Source: an uncultured Pseudomonadota bacterium (lineage in GTDB: Bacteria > Pseudomonadota > Alphaproteobacteria > JACZXZ01). From it: DNA of 64,000 nucleotides. Each line of letters starts with the position of its first letter. The stretch's first letter is position 1. Shown here piece after piece: positions 19,900-30,267 of this stretch. The notes under the pieces are model-generated. The model was given only the letters and a program-made list of their open reading frames with translations, searched no databases and was not told the origin of the DNA. The position numbers were made by a program, and so were the translations under genes. The stretch is taken from the NCBI GenBank assembly GCA_963749075.1, contig CAVVLJ010000017.1, positions 1,056,001 to 1,120,000 of the forward strand. The letters run 5' to 3'.

Positions 19900-20799
19900 A
19901 TGGCCGGGCTGGCGCAAGCCGGGGCGGCTCCCTCGCGCGCCCGGCTGGGGATCGGGGCGGGCTCCTGGGCGTGGCTTGGGGTCGCCCCCTTCTTCCTCTT
20001 CGCGTTCTTTTTCCTTCTGCTGCCGACCGGCTTCCTCGTCGTGGGCGGCTTCGAGGACGCGGACGGGCACTTCACCCTCGACAACCTCGCCGGTCTCTTC
20101 CAGCCCACGATCGTCAGTGCCTATTGGATCAGCATCGAGGTGAGCGCCGCCTCGGCGCTCGCAGGTGGTGCGATCGGCTTCTTCCTCGCCCATGCCGCGG
20201 TCCTCGGCGGGCTCCCCCGCTGGCTGCGGCCGCTCGTGATGACGTTCTCGGGCGTCGCCTCCAACTTCGCGGGCCTGCCGCTCGCCTTTGCCTTCCTCGC
20301 CACCCTGGGGCGCACCGGCCTCTTGACCCTCCTCCTCATCAAGTACCTCGACTTCAACATCTACAGCACCGGCTTCAACCTCCTGAGCTTCTGGGGGCTG
20401 GCGCTCACCTACCTCTATTTCCAGATACCGCTCATGGTGCTGATCCTGGCGCCGGCGATGGACGGGCTCAAGCGCGAGTGGCGCGAGGCCTCGGCCATCC
20501 TCGGCGCCAGCGCCTGGCAGTATTGGCGCTACGTGGCGCTTCCCGTGCTGTGGCCGAGCCTGCTCGGCGCCACCCTCCTCCTCTTCGCCAATTCCTTCGG
20601 CGCGGTCGCCACCGCCTACGGGCTCACCGGCAGCTCGCTCAACATCGTCACCATCCTCCTCTACGCGCAAATCCGCGGCGACGTGCTGCATGACGAGAAC
20701 CTCGGCTACGCGCTGGCGCTCGGCATGATCCTCATCACCGGCCTCTCCAACGCCGGCTACATCTGGCTGCGCGCGCGGAGCGAACGGTGGCTGAGATGA
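19900..20799 (+). CDS. ABC transporter permease
   Basis: Multiple TM segments, EAA loop EASAILGA. Confidence 0.9.
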   Translation: MAGLAQAGAAPSRARLGIGAGSWAWLGVAPFFLFAFFFLLLPTGFLVVGGFEDADGHFTLDNLAGLFQPTIVSAYWISIEVSAASALAGGAIGFFLAHAAVLGGLPRWLRPLVMTFSGVASNFAGLPLAFAFLATLGRTGLLTLLLIKYLDFNIYSTGFNLLSFWGLALTYLYFQIPLMVLILAPAMDGLKREWREASAILGASAWQYWRYVALPVLWPSLLGATLLLFANSFGAVATAYGLTGSSLNIVTILLYAQIRGDVLHDENLGYALALGMILITGLSNAGYIWLRARSERWLR

Positions 20800-21596
20800 G
20801 GTTCGGCAGGCTGGGGCCGTGGCTCGCCATCGCGGTGGGGACGGTCTATTTCCTGGTGCCGCTCATCGGCACCTTCGAGTTCTCGCTGCGCATGCGCCGC
20901 GGGCAATACAGCTTCGATGCCTATCGCGTCGTGCTCGCCGACCCGCAGTTCCAGGCCACCTTCGGCTACTCCACGGTGTTGGCGCTGGCGACGATCGTCA
21001 CGGGCGTGCTCCTCGTGGTGCCGACCGCCTATTGGCTCCAGCTTCGCCTGCCGCGGCTGCGCCCGCTCGTCGAGTTCATCACGCTCCTGCCGCTGGTCAT
21101 CCCGGCGATCGTGCTGGTCTTCGGCTATTTGCGCATCTACAACAGCACCTCGCTGCTGCCGCTCACGGGAAGTGCGCGCTCGACCGACGCGCTCCTCATG
21201 CTGGGCTATGTCACGCTCGCGCTCCCCTATATGTACCGCGCGGTCGATACCGGGCTCAGGGCCATCGACGTGCGCACGCTCACGGAGGCGGCGGAGAGCC
21301 TGGGTGCGGGCTGGCCCACCATCCTCTTCCGCGTGATCTTCCCCAACGTCCGGGCGGCGGTGCTGAGCGGCGCCTTCCTCACCTTTGCCATCGTCATCGG
21401 CGAGTTCACCATGGCGAGCCTGCTCGACCGTCCCGCCTTCGGCCCCTATATGCAGCTCATGGGCGCCAACCGCGCCTACGAGCCCTCGGCACTCGCCATC
21501 ATCGCCTTCATCGTGACCTGGGCCTGCATGGGCCTCATCCAGCTCCTGGCGTTCGGCGCGCGGCAGGGCGGTGCCGCGGCCGCGGACCGGCCCTAG
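20796..21596 (+). CDS. ABC transporter permease
   Basis: TM segments, EAAESLGA; ATGA overlap with the previous permease. Confidence 0.9.
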   Translation: MRFGRLGPWLAIAVGTVYFLVPLIGTFEFSLRMRRGQYSFDAYRVVLADPQFQATFGYSTVLALATIVTGVLLVVPTAYWLQLRLPRLRPLVEFITLLPLVIPAIVLVFGYLRIYNSTSLLPLTGSARSTDALLMLGYVTLALPYMYRAVDTGLRAIDVRTLTEAAESLGAGWPTILFRVIFPNVRAAVLSGAFLTFAIVIGEFTMASLLDRPAFGPYMQLMGANRAYEPSALAIIAFIVTWACMGLIQLLAFGARQGGAAAADRP

Positions 21597-21607
21597 ACGG
21601 GGCGGCG

Positions 21608-22693
21608 ATGGCCTTCCTCGAGCTCGATCATCTGCGCAAGTCCTTCGGCGCGCAGAGCGTGGTGGAGAATTTCGCCCTCGCCGTCGAGCGCGGCGAGTTC
21701 GTCTCCTTCCTCGGACCGAGCGGCTGCGGCAAGACCACGACGCTGCGCATGATCGCCGGTTTCGAGGCGCCGAGTGCAGGCCGCATCGTCGTCGACGGGC
21801 GCGACGTGACGCACCTCAGGCCCAACCAGCGCAACGTCGGCATGGTGTTCCAGTCCTACGCCCTCTTCCCCAACATGACGGTGGCCGAGAACGTCGGCTT
21901 CGGGCTCAAGACCGCGGGCCGGCCGGCCGCCGAGATCCGCGCGCGGGTCGAGGAGATGCTGCGGCTCATCAAGCTGCCGGCACTCGCCGGGCGCTATCCC
22001 TATCAGCTTTCGGGCGGCCAGCAGCAGCGCGTGGCCCTCGCGAGGGCGCTTGCGGTGAAGCCGCAGGTCCTGCTGCTCGACGAGCCGCTCTCCGCACTCG
22101 ACGCCAAGATCCGCGTGGCGCTGCGCGAGGAGATCCGCGGCGTGCAGCGCGCGCTCGGCATCACCACCATCTATGTGACGCACGACCAGGAGGAGGCGCT
22201 CTCGATGTCCGACCGCATCGTTGTGCTCAACGAGGGGCGCATCGAGCAGATCGGCCCGCCCTTCGAGATCTACAACTACCCGCGCACGCGCTTCGTCGCC
22301 TCTTTCGTCGGCACGCTCAACATCCTGGGCGGCCGGGTGATCGACGCGGCGGGCGGCCGCATCGCGGTCGACGGCCAGGAGATCGCGGCCGCGCGTGCCA
22401 TCGACGGGGCGCAAAGCGGCGATCTCCGCTCGGTGGCGCTGAGGCCGGAGGCGGTGACGCTGGACGACGGGCGCCCGGACGCGGCCGGCCGGCGCAACCG
22501 CATGCAGGGCACCATCGAGGAGGTGAGCTTCCTCGGCTCGGTCGTGCGCATCCGCGTGCGCTTCAAGGAGAACGCGATCTCCCTCGACACCTTCAACAAC
22601 CCGAGCGCGCCACCGCCCGAGCGCGGCTCCTTGGTGACGCTCGGCTTCGCGCGCGAGGATCTGCTCGTGCTCGAGGGCGCCGAGCCCGGCTGA
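21608..22693 (+). CDS. ABC transporter ATP-binding protein (PotA-like, TOBE domain)
   Basis: GPSGCGKT, LSGGQQQR, LLLDEP. Confidence 0.93.
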   Translation: MAFLELDHLRKSFGAQSVVENFALAVERGEFVSFLGPSGCGKTTTLRMIAGFEAPSAGRIVVDGRDVTHLRPNQRNVGMVFQSYALFPNMTVAENVGFGLKTAGRPAAEIRARVEEMLRLIKLPALAGRYPYQLSGGQQQRVALARALAVKPQVLLLDEPLSALDAKIRVALREEIRGVQRALGITTIYVTHDQEEALSMSDRIVVLNEGRIEQIGPPFEIYNYPRTRFVASFVGTLNILGGRVIDAAGGRIAVDGQEIAAARAIDGAQSGDLRSVALRPEAVTLDDGRPDAAGRRNRMQGTIEEVSFLGSVVRIRVRFKENAISLDTFNNPSAPPPERGSLVTLGFAREDLLVLEGAEPG

Positions 22694-22699
22694 GCCGCC

Positions 22700-23449
22700 G
22701 TGAGCATCGCCGGCATCGTCTTCGACAAGGACGGCACGCTCCTCGATTACGCGGCGAGCTGGCAGCCGATCAACCGGCGCGCCGCAGCCCTCGCCGCAGG
22801 CGAGGACGCCCGCCTCGCCGAGCGGCTGCTGCGCCTGGGCGGCGCCGATCCCGCAAGCGGGCGCGTGAGCCCCGACAGCGTGCTCGCCGCCGGCAACACC
22901 GCCGAGATCGCCGCCGCTTGGGTCGCGGCGGGTGCCAGGCTCTCCGCCGCGGCGCTGACCGTAGCACTCGACCGCCTCTTCAGCGCGGCGGCACCCGAGG
23001 TGGTGCCGGTCACCGATCTCGCCGCCCTCTTCCGCCGCCTGCGCGGACGCGGCTTGCGCCTCGGCGTCGCCTCGAGCGACAACGAGACCTCGATCCGCCT
23101 CACGGCGGAGCGCTTCGGCATCGCGACACTGGTCGACTTCGTGGCCGGCTACGACAGCGGCTTCGGCAGCAAGCCCGGTCCCGGCATGATCGAAGGATTC
23201 TGCCGCGCGACCGGCCTCGCGGCGCGGCAAATAGCCGTGGTCGGCGACAATGCGCACGACCTCCTCATGGGGCGCGCTGCGGGTGCGGGCCGGATCATCG
23301 GCGTGCTCACCGGCACGGGCACGTACGAGACGCTCGCCCCGCTCGCCGATCTCTGCCTCGCGAGCATCGAGGGCCTTGAGGCGGCGCTCTTCCCTCTACC
23401 GGCGGCGTCAGCCGCGCGGGCCGGCCCGGCAGAGACGGAGAGGCGATGA
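22700..23449 (+). CDS. HAD-family phosphatase
   Basis: FDKDGTL, SKPGP, VGDNAHD; GTG start. Confidence 0.88.
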   Translation: MSIAGIVFDKDGTLLDYAASWQPINRRAAALAAGEDARLAERLLRLGGADPASGRVSPDSVLAAGNTAEIAAAWVAAGARLSAAALTVALDRLFSAAAPEVVPVTDLAALFRRLRGRGLRLGVASSDNETSIRLTAERFGIATLVDFVAGYDSGFGSKPGPGMIEGFCRATGLAARQIAVVGDNAHDLLMGRAAGAGRIIGVLTGTGTYETLAPLADLCLASIEGLEAALFPLPAASAARAGPAETERR

Positions 23450-23632
23450 GCGATCCGGCGCGCAGCGGCAGGGCCTGCGCGAGCGTGACGACAAGTGGAA
23501 GAGCGTGAGCAAGCGGATTCTCCGCTGCGCCGGACGCCCTTGTCCCTAAGGCCGAATTGGGGCATCAATTCACGAAATGCCCGATCAGCCGGGAAATGTC
23601 CGCTGAGCAGCCTTGTCGAATTGGTGCTAACA

Positions 23633-24701
23633 ATGGGCGAGCCCGTGTTCGGTCAGAAGAAGCTCGACGCGCTCCGCGCAAAATATGCCGAGGCCAAGGG
23701 GAGCGACGTCTTCGATCCCGAATTCAAGAAGGTCGTCTCCCTCGTCTTCAAGAGCCGGGAGCGGCGCAAGCTGCCCTATAGCGACGTCTCGACCTTCCTC
23801 GACGCACCCTATCGACCGGAAGCGCCGGAGCAGCCGGATTTCGGCGGGCTCGACGTGGCGCTCCTCGGCGTGCCGATGGATCTCGGCGTCACCAACCGCG
23901 CGGGCGCTCGGCTCGGGCCGCGGGCCGTGCGCGCCGTCGAGCGCATCGGTCCCTACAACCATGCGCTCAAGGTGGTGCCCCTGGCTGAATGCCGCGCCGG
24001 CGATATCGGCGACGTGCCGATGCGCTCGCGCTTCAGCCTGGAGAGCTGCATCGAGGACATTGCCGAGTATTACGCGCGTATCTCAGCGGCGGGGGTGCGG
24101 GCGCTCTCCGTCGGCGGTGACCACTCCATCACCTATCCGATCCTGAAGGCGCTCGGTCGCAAGCGGCCCGTCGGCCTCGTCCATATCGATGCCCATTGCG
24201 ACACCGGCGGCGAATATGACGGCTCGAAGTTCAACCATGGCGGCCCCTTCCGCTTGGCCGTCCTCGACGGCGCGCTCGACCCGGAGCGCACGATCCAGAT
24301 CGGCATCCGCGGCCCCGCGGAGTTCCTCTGGGAGTTCTCTTACGAGTCCGGCATGACCGTGATCCACATCGAGGATGTGGCGCGCCTGGGAATCGAGGGC
24401 GTGATCGCGAAGGCACTCGAGGTGGTCGGCGGCGGGCCAACCTACATCTCCTTCGACGTGGACGGGCTCGACCCCGCGTTCGCGCCCGGCACCGGCACGC
24501 CAGAGGCGGGCGGGCTGACCCCGCGCGAGGCGCAGCAGAATCCTCCATGGCCTCAAGGGCATCGACGTCATTGGCGGCGACGTCGTCGAGGTGGCGCCCC
24601 CCTACGATCCGACCACCAACACCGCCATGGTCGGCGCGCAAATGCTGTTCGAGATTTTCTCGCTGATGGTGCTAGGCCGGAACTTCAAGCGCCGCAGCTG
24701 A
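23633..24701 (+). CDS. Agmatinase/ureohydrolase-family protein, frameshifted near 24540
   Basis: GGDHS, DAHCD, SFDVDGLDP..APGTGTP; removing one A at 24539-24540 restores ILHGLKGIDVIGGDVVEVAPPYD and a TGA at 24699-24701. Confidence 0.85.
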
Positions 24702-24805
24702 CCGCGCGAGCGCCGCCGCCTGGCAAGCAGCGCGCCTTACGAATGGCTCCCCCGATGGGGCTCGAGGCCGGCGCCCGCCACCAGGCGGCCGCAGGCGGCA
24801 TCGCG

Positions 24806-25237
24806 TCACCGACGGCCGGGGACGGCCTGCCACGGTGTCCGGCAGCTTGCCACATAGGGGTAATAGCCCGGCGGATTGGCGCAGTGGTAATAGGTCGAGT
24901 TTGCCGGCGGTGCCGCGGCAACGACGGCCGGCGGCACATAGGGGTTGGGATAGGGATAGACCGGCGCTGCATAGGAGTACCACAGGCCGCCGACCAGCCA
25001 CCACCAGGCGAAGCGGCCGTCGTGCCAGCCGTGATACCAGTGACCCGCGCGCCAGTGATGCCAGTCATAGCCGTGAAAGCGATGGATATCGCCATGCCGG
25101 CGCCAGTGCGGCTCGTACGCGTTGGCAGGAGAGCCGCTCGCCGCGAACACTGCCGCTGCGGCGAACGCGGCAAAAGCCAAGGACCGCAGGGTCCGCGCAC
25201 TCCTTCTCTTGCTTCGCACAAGAGTCCCGATCGACAT
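24806..25237 (-). CDS. Exported Trp/His-rich hypothetical protein
   Basis: Signal peptide, HWRAGHWYHGWHDG..WWW, C-terminal YYHC..P.GYYPYV..C; start uncertain. Confidence 0.7.
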   Translation of the reverse strand: MSIGTLVRSKRRSARTLRSLAFAAFAAAAVFAASGSPANAYEPHWRRHGDIHRFHGYDWHHWRAGHWYHGWHDGRFAWWWLVGGLWYSYAAPVYPYPNPYVPPAVVAAAPPANSTYYHCANPPGYYPYVASCRTPWQAVPGRR

Positions 25238-25494
25238 TGCAGCCACTCCGTTGATCCAAAGTCCGACGGCCAACTTGCTTATGGAACGCAAGAGCCGCGA
25301 ACTTCCTGCGCAGGATATGGCGCCGGGTTTCCCCTCCCGGCGCGCGGCGCGGCGCTTGTCACGAAATGATCACGGCGCCGCTGCCGGCAGCGCCAGCCGG
25401 TGCCGCGATTCCCGCGTGAGGTTTTTCCGGCTTCGTCCTATACATGGCGTCCGCGCGCCGGGTGCTGCGCGCGGGGAGGGAGACGGTGCGAGCC

Positions 25495-26439
25495 ATGTCG
25501 GTCGAAATCCTGGCCATGGGCGAGGCCATGGTCGAGTTCAATGCCAGCGGCCCGGTCGGAGAGGGAGCACGCTACGTCCAGGGCTGCGGCGGCGATACCT
25601 CCAATGCGGCGATCGCCGCGGCGCGCCAGGGTGCGCGCGCCGGCTATCTCAGCGCCGTGGGCGCCGATCTCTTCGGCGAGTCGCTCCTCGAGCTGTGGCG
25701 GCGCGAGGGCGTGGATACGAGTGCCGTCAAGTGCTGCGCCGAGGCGCCGACCGGCATCTATTTCGTGACGCACGGCAAGGAGGGCCACAGCTTCACCTAT
25801 TACCGCGCCGGCTCGGCGGCGAGCCGCATCTCGCCCGCCAACGTCCCCGAGCCGGCGATCGCCGCGGCCAAGATCTTCCACGTCTCCGCGATCAGCCAGG
25901 CGATCAGCGCCAGCGCCGAAGCCGCGGTCGCCCATGCCATGGCGTGCGCGCGGCGGCATGGCGTGGCGGTCTCCTACGACACCAACCTGCGCTTGAAGCT
26001 GTGGCCGCTCGAGCGGGCGCGGACCGCCATCCACGCGGCGATCGCCGCGGCGGACATAGCACTCCCCAGCCTCGAGGACGCGCGGCTCCTGACCGGGCTC
26101 GACGAGCCCGACGCCATCGTCGACTTCTATCTCGCTCTCGGCGCACCCCTCGTCGCCCTCAAGATGGGCGAGGCGGGTTGCCTCGTCGCCACGCGCGACC
26201 GCCGCCGGCGCATCCCCGGCCACCGGGTCGCGGCAGTCGATGCCACCGGAGCCGGCGACACCTTCGCGGGCGCCTTCCTCGCCCGCCTCGCCGGCGGCGA
26301 CGATCCGCTGCGCGCCGCCACCTACGCGAACGCGGCCGCCGCCCTCTCGACCACCGGCTACGGCGCCGTCGACCCCATTCCCACGCGCGCGCAGGTGAAG
26401 CGACTGCTCGCCGACGCCGACTCGCACGCCGCGAGCTGA
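25495..26439 (+). CDS. kdgK: PfkB-family 2-keto-3-deoxygluconate kinase
   Basis: [29 protein letters not shown]; adjacent to eda. Confidence 0.82.
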   Translation: MSVEILAMGEAMVEFNASGPVGEGARYVQGCGGDTSNAAIAAARQGARAGYLSAVGADLFGESLLELWRREGVDTSAVKCCAEAPTGIYFVTHGKEGHSFTYYRAGSAASRISPANVPEPAIAAAKIFHVSAISQAISASAEAAVAHAMACARRHGVAVSYDTNLRLKLWPLERARTAIHAAIAAADIALPSLEDARLLTGLDEPDAIVDFYLALGAPLVALKMGEAGCLVATRDRRRRIPGHRVAAVDATGAGDTFAGAFLARLAGGDDPLRAATYANAAAALSTTGYGAVDPIPTRAQVKRLLADADSHAAS

Positions 26440-26450
26440 GGAGGCCCGAG

Positions 26451-27116
26451 ATGAGCGCCGACGCCGCTCCCCAATCCCCGGAGATCGCCGCCATCCTCGC
26501 GCGGGCACCCGTCGTCCCGGTGCTCACGGTCGAGGAGCGCCGGAGCGCTGTGGCGCTCGCACGCGCGCTCGTCGCGGGCGGCCTCAACGTCCTCGAGATC
26601 ACGCTCAGGACCGCGGGTGCCTTGGAGGCCGCACGCGCCATCATGGCGGAGGTCGAGGGTGCCGTGGTCGGCATCGGCACCGTGCTCAGCGAGGCCGACA
26701 TGCGCGCCTCTAGCAAGGCCGGCGCGCGCTTCGCCGTGAGCCCGGGCGCCACGCCGCGGCTCCTCGAGAGCGCTGCCGCAGCCGGCATGCCGTACCTGCC
26801 CGGTGCGGCGACCGCGTCCGAGATCACGGTGCTCCTCGAGCGGCGCTACACGCACCTCAAATTCTTTCCGGCCGAAACGCTCGGCGGCATCGCGGCGCTC
26901 AAGGCGCTCTCGGCACCCTTCCGCCAGGTGCGCTTCTGCCCGACGGGAGGCATCGACGCCGCCAAGGCGAAAGCCTATCTGGCGCTCGATTGCGTGGCCG
27001 CGGTGGGCGGCTCATGGGTGGCGCCGGCGGACCGCATCGCCGCCGGCGACTGGGCGGCCATCACGCGCCTGGCACGCGAGGCGGCCGGCCTCGGGCGCAA
27101 GGTCATGATGGCCTGA
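26451..27116 (+). CDS. eda: KDPG/KHG aldolase
   Basis: LEITLRT, GIGTV, FAVSPG, KFFPA, FCPTGGI. Confidence 0.92.
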   Translation: MSADAAPQSPEIAAILARAPVVPVLTVEERRSAVALARALVAGGLNVLEITLRTAGALEAARAIMAEVEGAVVGIGTVLSEADMRASSKAGARFAVSPGATPRLLESAAAAGMPYLPGAATASEITVLLERRYTHLKFFPAETLGGIAALKALSAPFRQVRFCPTGGIDAAKAKAYLALDCVAAVGGSWVAPADRIAAGDWAAITRLAREAAGLGRKVMMA

Positions 27117-27717
27117 GCGCTGCGAGGAAGGCGGCCGCCGCCGCCGCGTCTTCCGCGGCCATGATGCCGCCCATCACCGCAATCCCCGCGGCACCCGCGG
27201 CCAGGACGCTCGGCGCATTCCCGGGCGTCACGCCGCCGAGCGCCAGGATGGGCACGGAGGTCTCCCGGGCGGCGGCGGCAAGCGCCGCGCAGCCAAGGGG
27301 TGGGCCATAGCCCGGCTTGCTCGGCGAGGCGAAGATCGGGCTCAGCGTCACGTAATCGGCGCCCGCCCGCGCCGCCGCGGCGACCTCCGTCGGTGTATGG
27401 CAGGAGATGCCGATCAAGGTTTGCGCGCCGAGCCTTTGCCGCGCCGCGGCAAGCGAGCCCTTCGCCGGGAGATGCAGTCCGGCCCCTGCAGCGGCGGCGG
27501 CGTCCGCGTCCTCGTGCACCGACACCGCGGCGCCGTAGGGCCGCGCGAGCGCCACGAGCTCGCGCAGCAGGGCAAGGCGCTCCTTGGGCGCCAGGTCCTT
27601 CTCGCGCAGGCTCACCCAGCGGCAGCCTGCCGCGAAGGCCGAGGCTATGACCTCCGCCAGCGGCCGCTGCACCTGGCGGCGGTCGCTGATGAGGAGGAGC
27701 GGCGGCTGCGGCAGCAT
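27103..27717 (-). CDS. thiE: Thiamine-phosphate synthase (ThiE/TenI family)
   Basis: LREKDL, GISCH, LSPIFASPSKPG, ALGGV; TGATG overlap with thiG. Confidence 0.85.
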   Translation of the reverse strand: MLPQPPLLLISDRRQVQRPLAEVIASAFAAGCRWVSLREKDLAPKERLALLRELVALARPYGAAVSVHEDADAAAAAGAGLHLPAKGSLAAARQRLGAQTLIGISCHTPTEVAAAARAGADYVTLSPIFASPSKPGYGPPLGCAALAAAARETSVPILALGGVTPGNAPSVLAAGAAGIAVMGGIMAAEDAAAAAAFLAALRPS

Positions 27718-28511
27718 CACGTGCCGATGAGGCCGAGCTCCGGGCTCGAGGGGTCGGCGTGGCGCCGCGTTGGCATGCGTCCGGCGCGCCGCGCCTCCGC
27801 TCCCGCCTCGACCGCCGCGCGCATGGCACGGGCCATGCGCAGCGGGTCGCGCGCCTTGGCGATCGCCGAATTGACGAGCACGCCGGCGCAGCCGAGCTCG
27901 AGGGCGAGGGCCGCGTCGGAGGCCGTGCCGATGCCGGCGTCGAGGATCACCGGCACCGGGCTGCGCGCGGCGATGAGCTCGATGGCAAAGGGATTGCGGA
28001 TGCCGAGCCCGGAGCCGATGGGGGCGCCGAGCGGCATCACCGCGGCGCAGCCCACATCGGCGAGTTTGCGGCAGGTCACGGGATCGTCGTTGCAATAGGG
28101 CAGCACCACGAAGCCTTGGCCGGCGAGCCTGGCGGCCGCCTCCACGAGGAGCGCCACGTCGGGGTAGAGCGTTTCGCGGTCGCCGATGAGCTCGAGCTTG
28201 ACCCAGTTGGTCGCGAGCGCCTCGCGCGCGAGCTCGGCGGTGAGCACGGCATCGCGCACCGTGGCACAGCCCGCCGTATTGGGCAGCAGCCTGAGCTCGC
28301 CGCCGAGGAGATCGACCATGCTCTCGGCGTAGCCCTCGAGGCTGATGCGGCGGATGGAGACGGTGGCGATCGCGGCCCCGCTCGCCGCAATGGCGTCGAG
28401 CATGATCTGGCGATTGGGATAGCCGCCCGTGCCGACGAGGAGCCGCGAGGCGATGCGCTGGCCGGCGATGACGAGCCCGTCCTCGGATGGCGCGCGCGTG
28501 CTTTCTTCCAT
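27717..28511 (-). CDS. thiG: Thiazole synthase
   Basis: [35 protein letters not shown]. Confidence 0.95.
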   Translation of the reverse strand: MEESTRAPSEDGLVIAGQRIASRLLVGTGGYPNRQIMLDAIAASGAAIATVSIRRISLEGYAESMVDLLGGELRLLPNTAGCATVRDAVLTAELAREALATNWVKLELIGDRETLYPDVALLVEAAARLAGQGFVVLPYCNDDPVTCRKLADVGCAAVMPLGAPIGSGLGIRNPFAIELIAARSPVPVILDAGIGTASDAALALELGCAGVLVNSAIAKARDPLRMARAMRAAVEAGAEARRAGRMPTRRHADPSSPELGLIGT

Positions 28512-28523
28512 GGCGGAGCCTCC

Positions 28524-28733
28524 TCAGCCGCCGCGGCTCGGCCGCACGATCTCGACCGCGTCGCCGGGAGCGAGCGCCTGCTCCGGCCAACGGGCGCGGG
28601 GTACCACGGCGCCGTTGAGCGCCACGGCTACGCCGCGGGCCGCCGCATCGACGCCGGCCTCGCGCAGCAGTGCCGCGAGGTTCGCCGCCTCGAGCGGGCG
28701 GCGCTCGCCATTGACGCGGATCGTGGCGCTCAT
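28524..28733 (-). CDS. thiS: Sulfur carrier protein ThiS
   Basis: IRVNGE, VAVALNG, C-terminal GG. Confidence 0.92.
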   Translation of the reverse strand: MSATIRVNGERRPLEAANLAALLREAGVDAAARGVAVALNGAVVPRARWPEQALAPGDAVEIVRPSRGG

Positions 28734-29950
28734 CGCAGCTCTCCGCTCACGAGGGGCGAAGCCGGGCGGCCGCCGGCAAAGCGCGCGATCCCGAAGCCGG
28801 CGATCGCCGGATCCAGCTCGCCCGTGAGGATGAAGCGGCTCACGGTCGCGACGGTGATCGGCGTGAGCAAGATGCCGTTGCGGTGATGGCCGGTCGCCAG
28901 CACGAGCCCCTCCACCTCGGTCGGCCCGAGGATGGGGGCATCGTCGCGCGAGCCCGGCCTGAAGCCCGTCCACATCTCGGCGATGGGGAGCTCCTCGATC
29001 GCGGGCAGCGCGCGCCAGGCCGCCTCGAGGAGCGAGAGCACGCCGCCCGCGGTGAGCGAGGCGTCGAAGCCGCGCTCCTCGACGGTGGCGCCGATGATGA
29101 GACGGCCGTCGGAGCGCGGCACGAGATAGATCCGGGGCGCCCACAAGACGTGGCTGAGGAGCGGCCTCGGCACCTCCATGCGCAGCGCCAGCATCTGGCC
29201 CTTGACCGGGCGCACCGGGAGCGAAAGCGTCGCGGGCAGGCCGGCGATGCCGCGCGACCAGGCGCCGGCCGCGAGCACCACCACGTCGGCCTCGGAGAGC
29301 GCTCCCGCGACGCGGAGGCCGCGCACCCGCCCATGGGCGATCTCGATCGCCTCGACGGGTGCGCGCTCGTGGAGGCGGCCGCCCGCGGCTTTGAAGCCGG
29401 CGAGGAGTGCTTCGACGACGAGGCGGTTGTCGACCTGGTGGTCGTCGGGGCTGAAGACGGCGCCGAGCACGGCGGGATGGAGATGGGGCTCCCGGCGCAG
29501 CACCTCGCGGCCCTCGAGCCATTCGAGCCGGACGCCGAGCGCCTGCTGGAACTCGAAGCTGAGGCGCTGCTCGGCGAGGGCATCGCGGTTGAGCGCCACG
29601 AGGAGCGTACCCTCGCTGCGATAGCCAACCGCGCGGCCGCTCGCCTGCTCGAGCAGCCTTGCGAAACCAGGCCACAGGGCTTGACTTCTGCGATTGAGGG
29701 AGAGCAGGCGCTCCTCGCCCGGCTCGGCCTCGAGCCCGGCCGCGAGCATGCCCGCCGCCGCCCAGCTGGCGCCGCGGCCGGCCGCGTGGCGCTCGAAGAG
29801 CTCGACCGCAGCACCTGCCTGGGCCAGGCGCCAGCCGATGCCAAGCCCGATGACGCCGCCGCCGACGATGGCGACGCGCGGCAGCGCGCCGGCGCGGGCG
29901 GCGGAGGGGCCGCTGCGACGAAGACGCATTTGCGATGGAAGATCGCTCAT
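28730..29950 (-). CDS. thiO: Glycine oxidase ThiO
   Basis: GGGVIG, ASWAAAGML, VRPVKGQ, GHHRNGILL. Confidence 0.92.
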   Translation of the reverse strand: MSDLPSQMRLRRSGPSAARAGALPRVAIVGGGVIGLGIGWRLAQAGAAVELFERHAAGRGASWAAAGMLAAGLEAEPGEERLLSLNRRSQALWPGFARLLEQASGRAVGYRSEGTLLVALNRDALAEQRLSFEFQQALGVRLEWLEGREVLRREPHLHPAVLGAVFSPDDHQVDNRLVVEALLAGFKAAGGRLHERAPVEAIEIAHGRVRGLRVAGALSEADVVVLAAGAWSRGIAGLPATLSLPVRPVKGQMLALRMEVPRPLLSHVLWAPRIYLVPRSDGRLIIGATVEERGFDASLTAGGVLSLLEAAWRALPAIEELPIAEMWTGFRPGSRDDAPILGPTEVEGLVLATGHHRNGILLTPITVATVSRFILTGELDPAIAGFGIARFAGGRPASPLVSGELR

Positions 29951-29954
29951 CGGC

Positions 29955-30041
29955 AGGCTCCCTGCGCTGGTATTACCCAGGTCAAGTTCAGTGGGTGTGA
30001 TCTCAGCCGGCACGCCCAAGGCGAACCAGCACCCCAGCCCG
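29955..30041 (-). ncRNA. TPP riboswitch (THI element)
   Basis: Minus strand GGGGTGC...GCTGAGATCACACCC..GAACTTGACCTGGGTAATACCAGCGCAGGGAG; the 3' AGGGAG is the thiO RBS. Confidence 0.93.
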
Positions 30042-30190
30042 ATGTCTTTTATACTCGCCCTCCCCGGCGGCGAGGCAAGGAAATAAGACCGGCCCCGAAG
30101 CGGCCGCGCCGGGAACGGAGAATTGTGAGGAAATTTAATGGGTTATGCCGCTGCGGGGCGCAATCGGCGGGCGCCCCCGGCGGCGGCGGG

Positions 30191-30237
30191 AAACAAACAG
30201 AACCGGGCCGCCGCAGGGCGCAGCGACGGCCCGGTTC
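30191..30237 (-). terminator. Rho-independent terminator of the peptidoglycan-binding protein gene
   Basis: GAACCGGGCCG/CGGCCCGGTTC stem (30200-30237) followed on the minus strand by TGTTTGTTT. Confidence 0.65.
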
Positions 30238-30267
30238 CAAAAGGCAATAAGGCTATGCGCGCCGGGC

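Noticed and set aside
23450-23636. Possible guanidine riboswitch or CIRCE half-site (GTGCTAACAATGG) before the agmatinase gene
   Set aside because: No ykkC-type consensus found and no matching left CIRCE arm; probably chance
23495-25369. 624-aa extended agmatinase
   Set aside because: Artefact of the +1 frameshift near 24540
29951-30019. N-terminal extension of ThiO in the ORF track
   Set aside because: Runs through the TPP aptamer; ATG 29950 has the RBS
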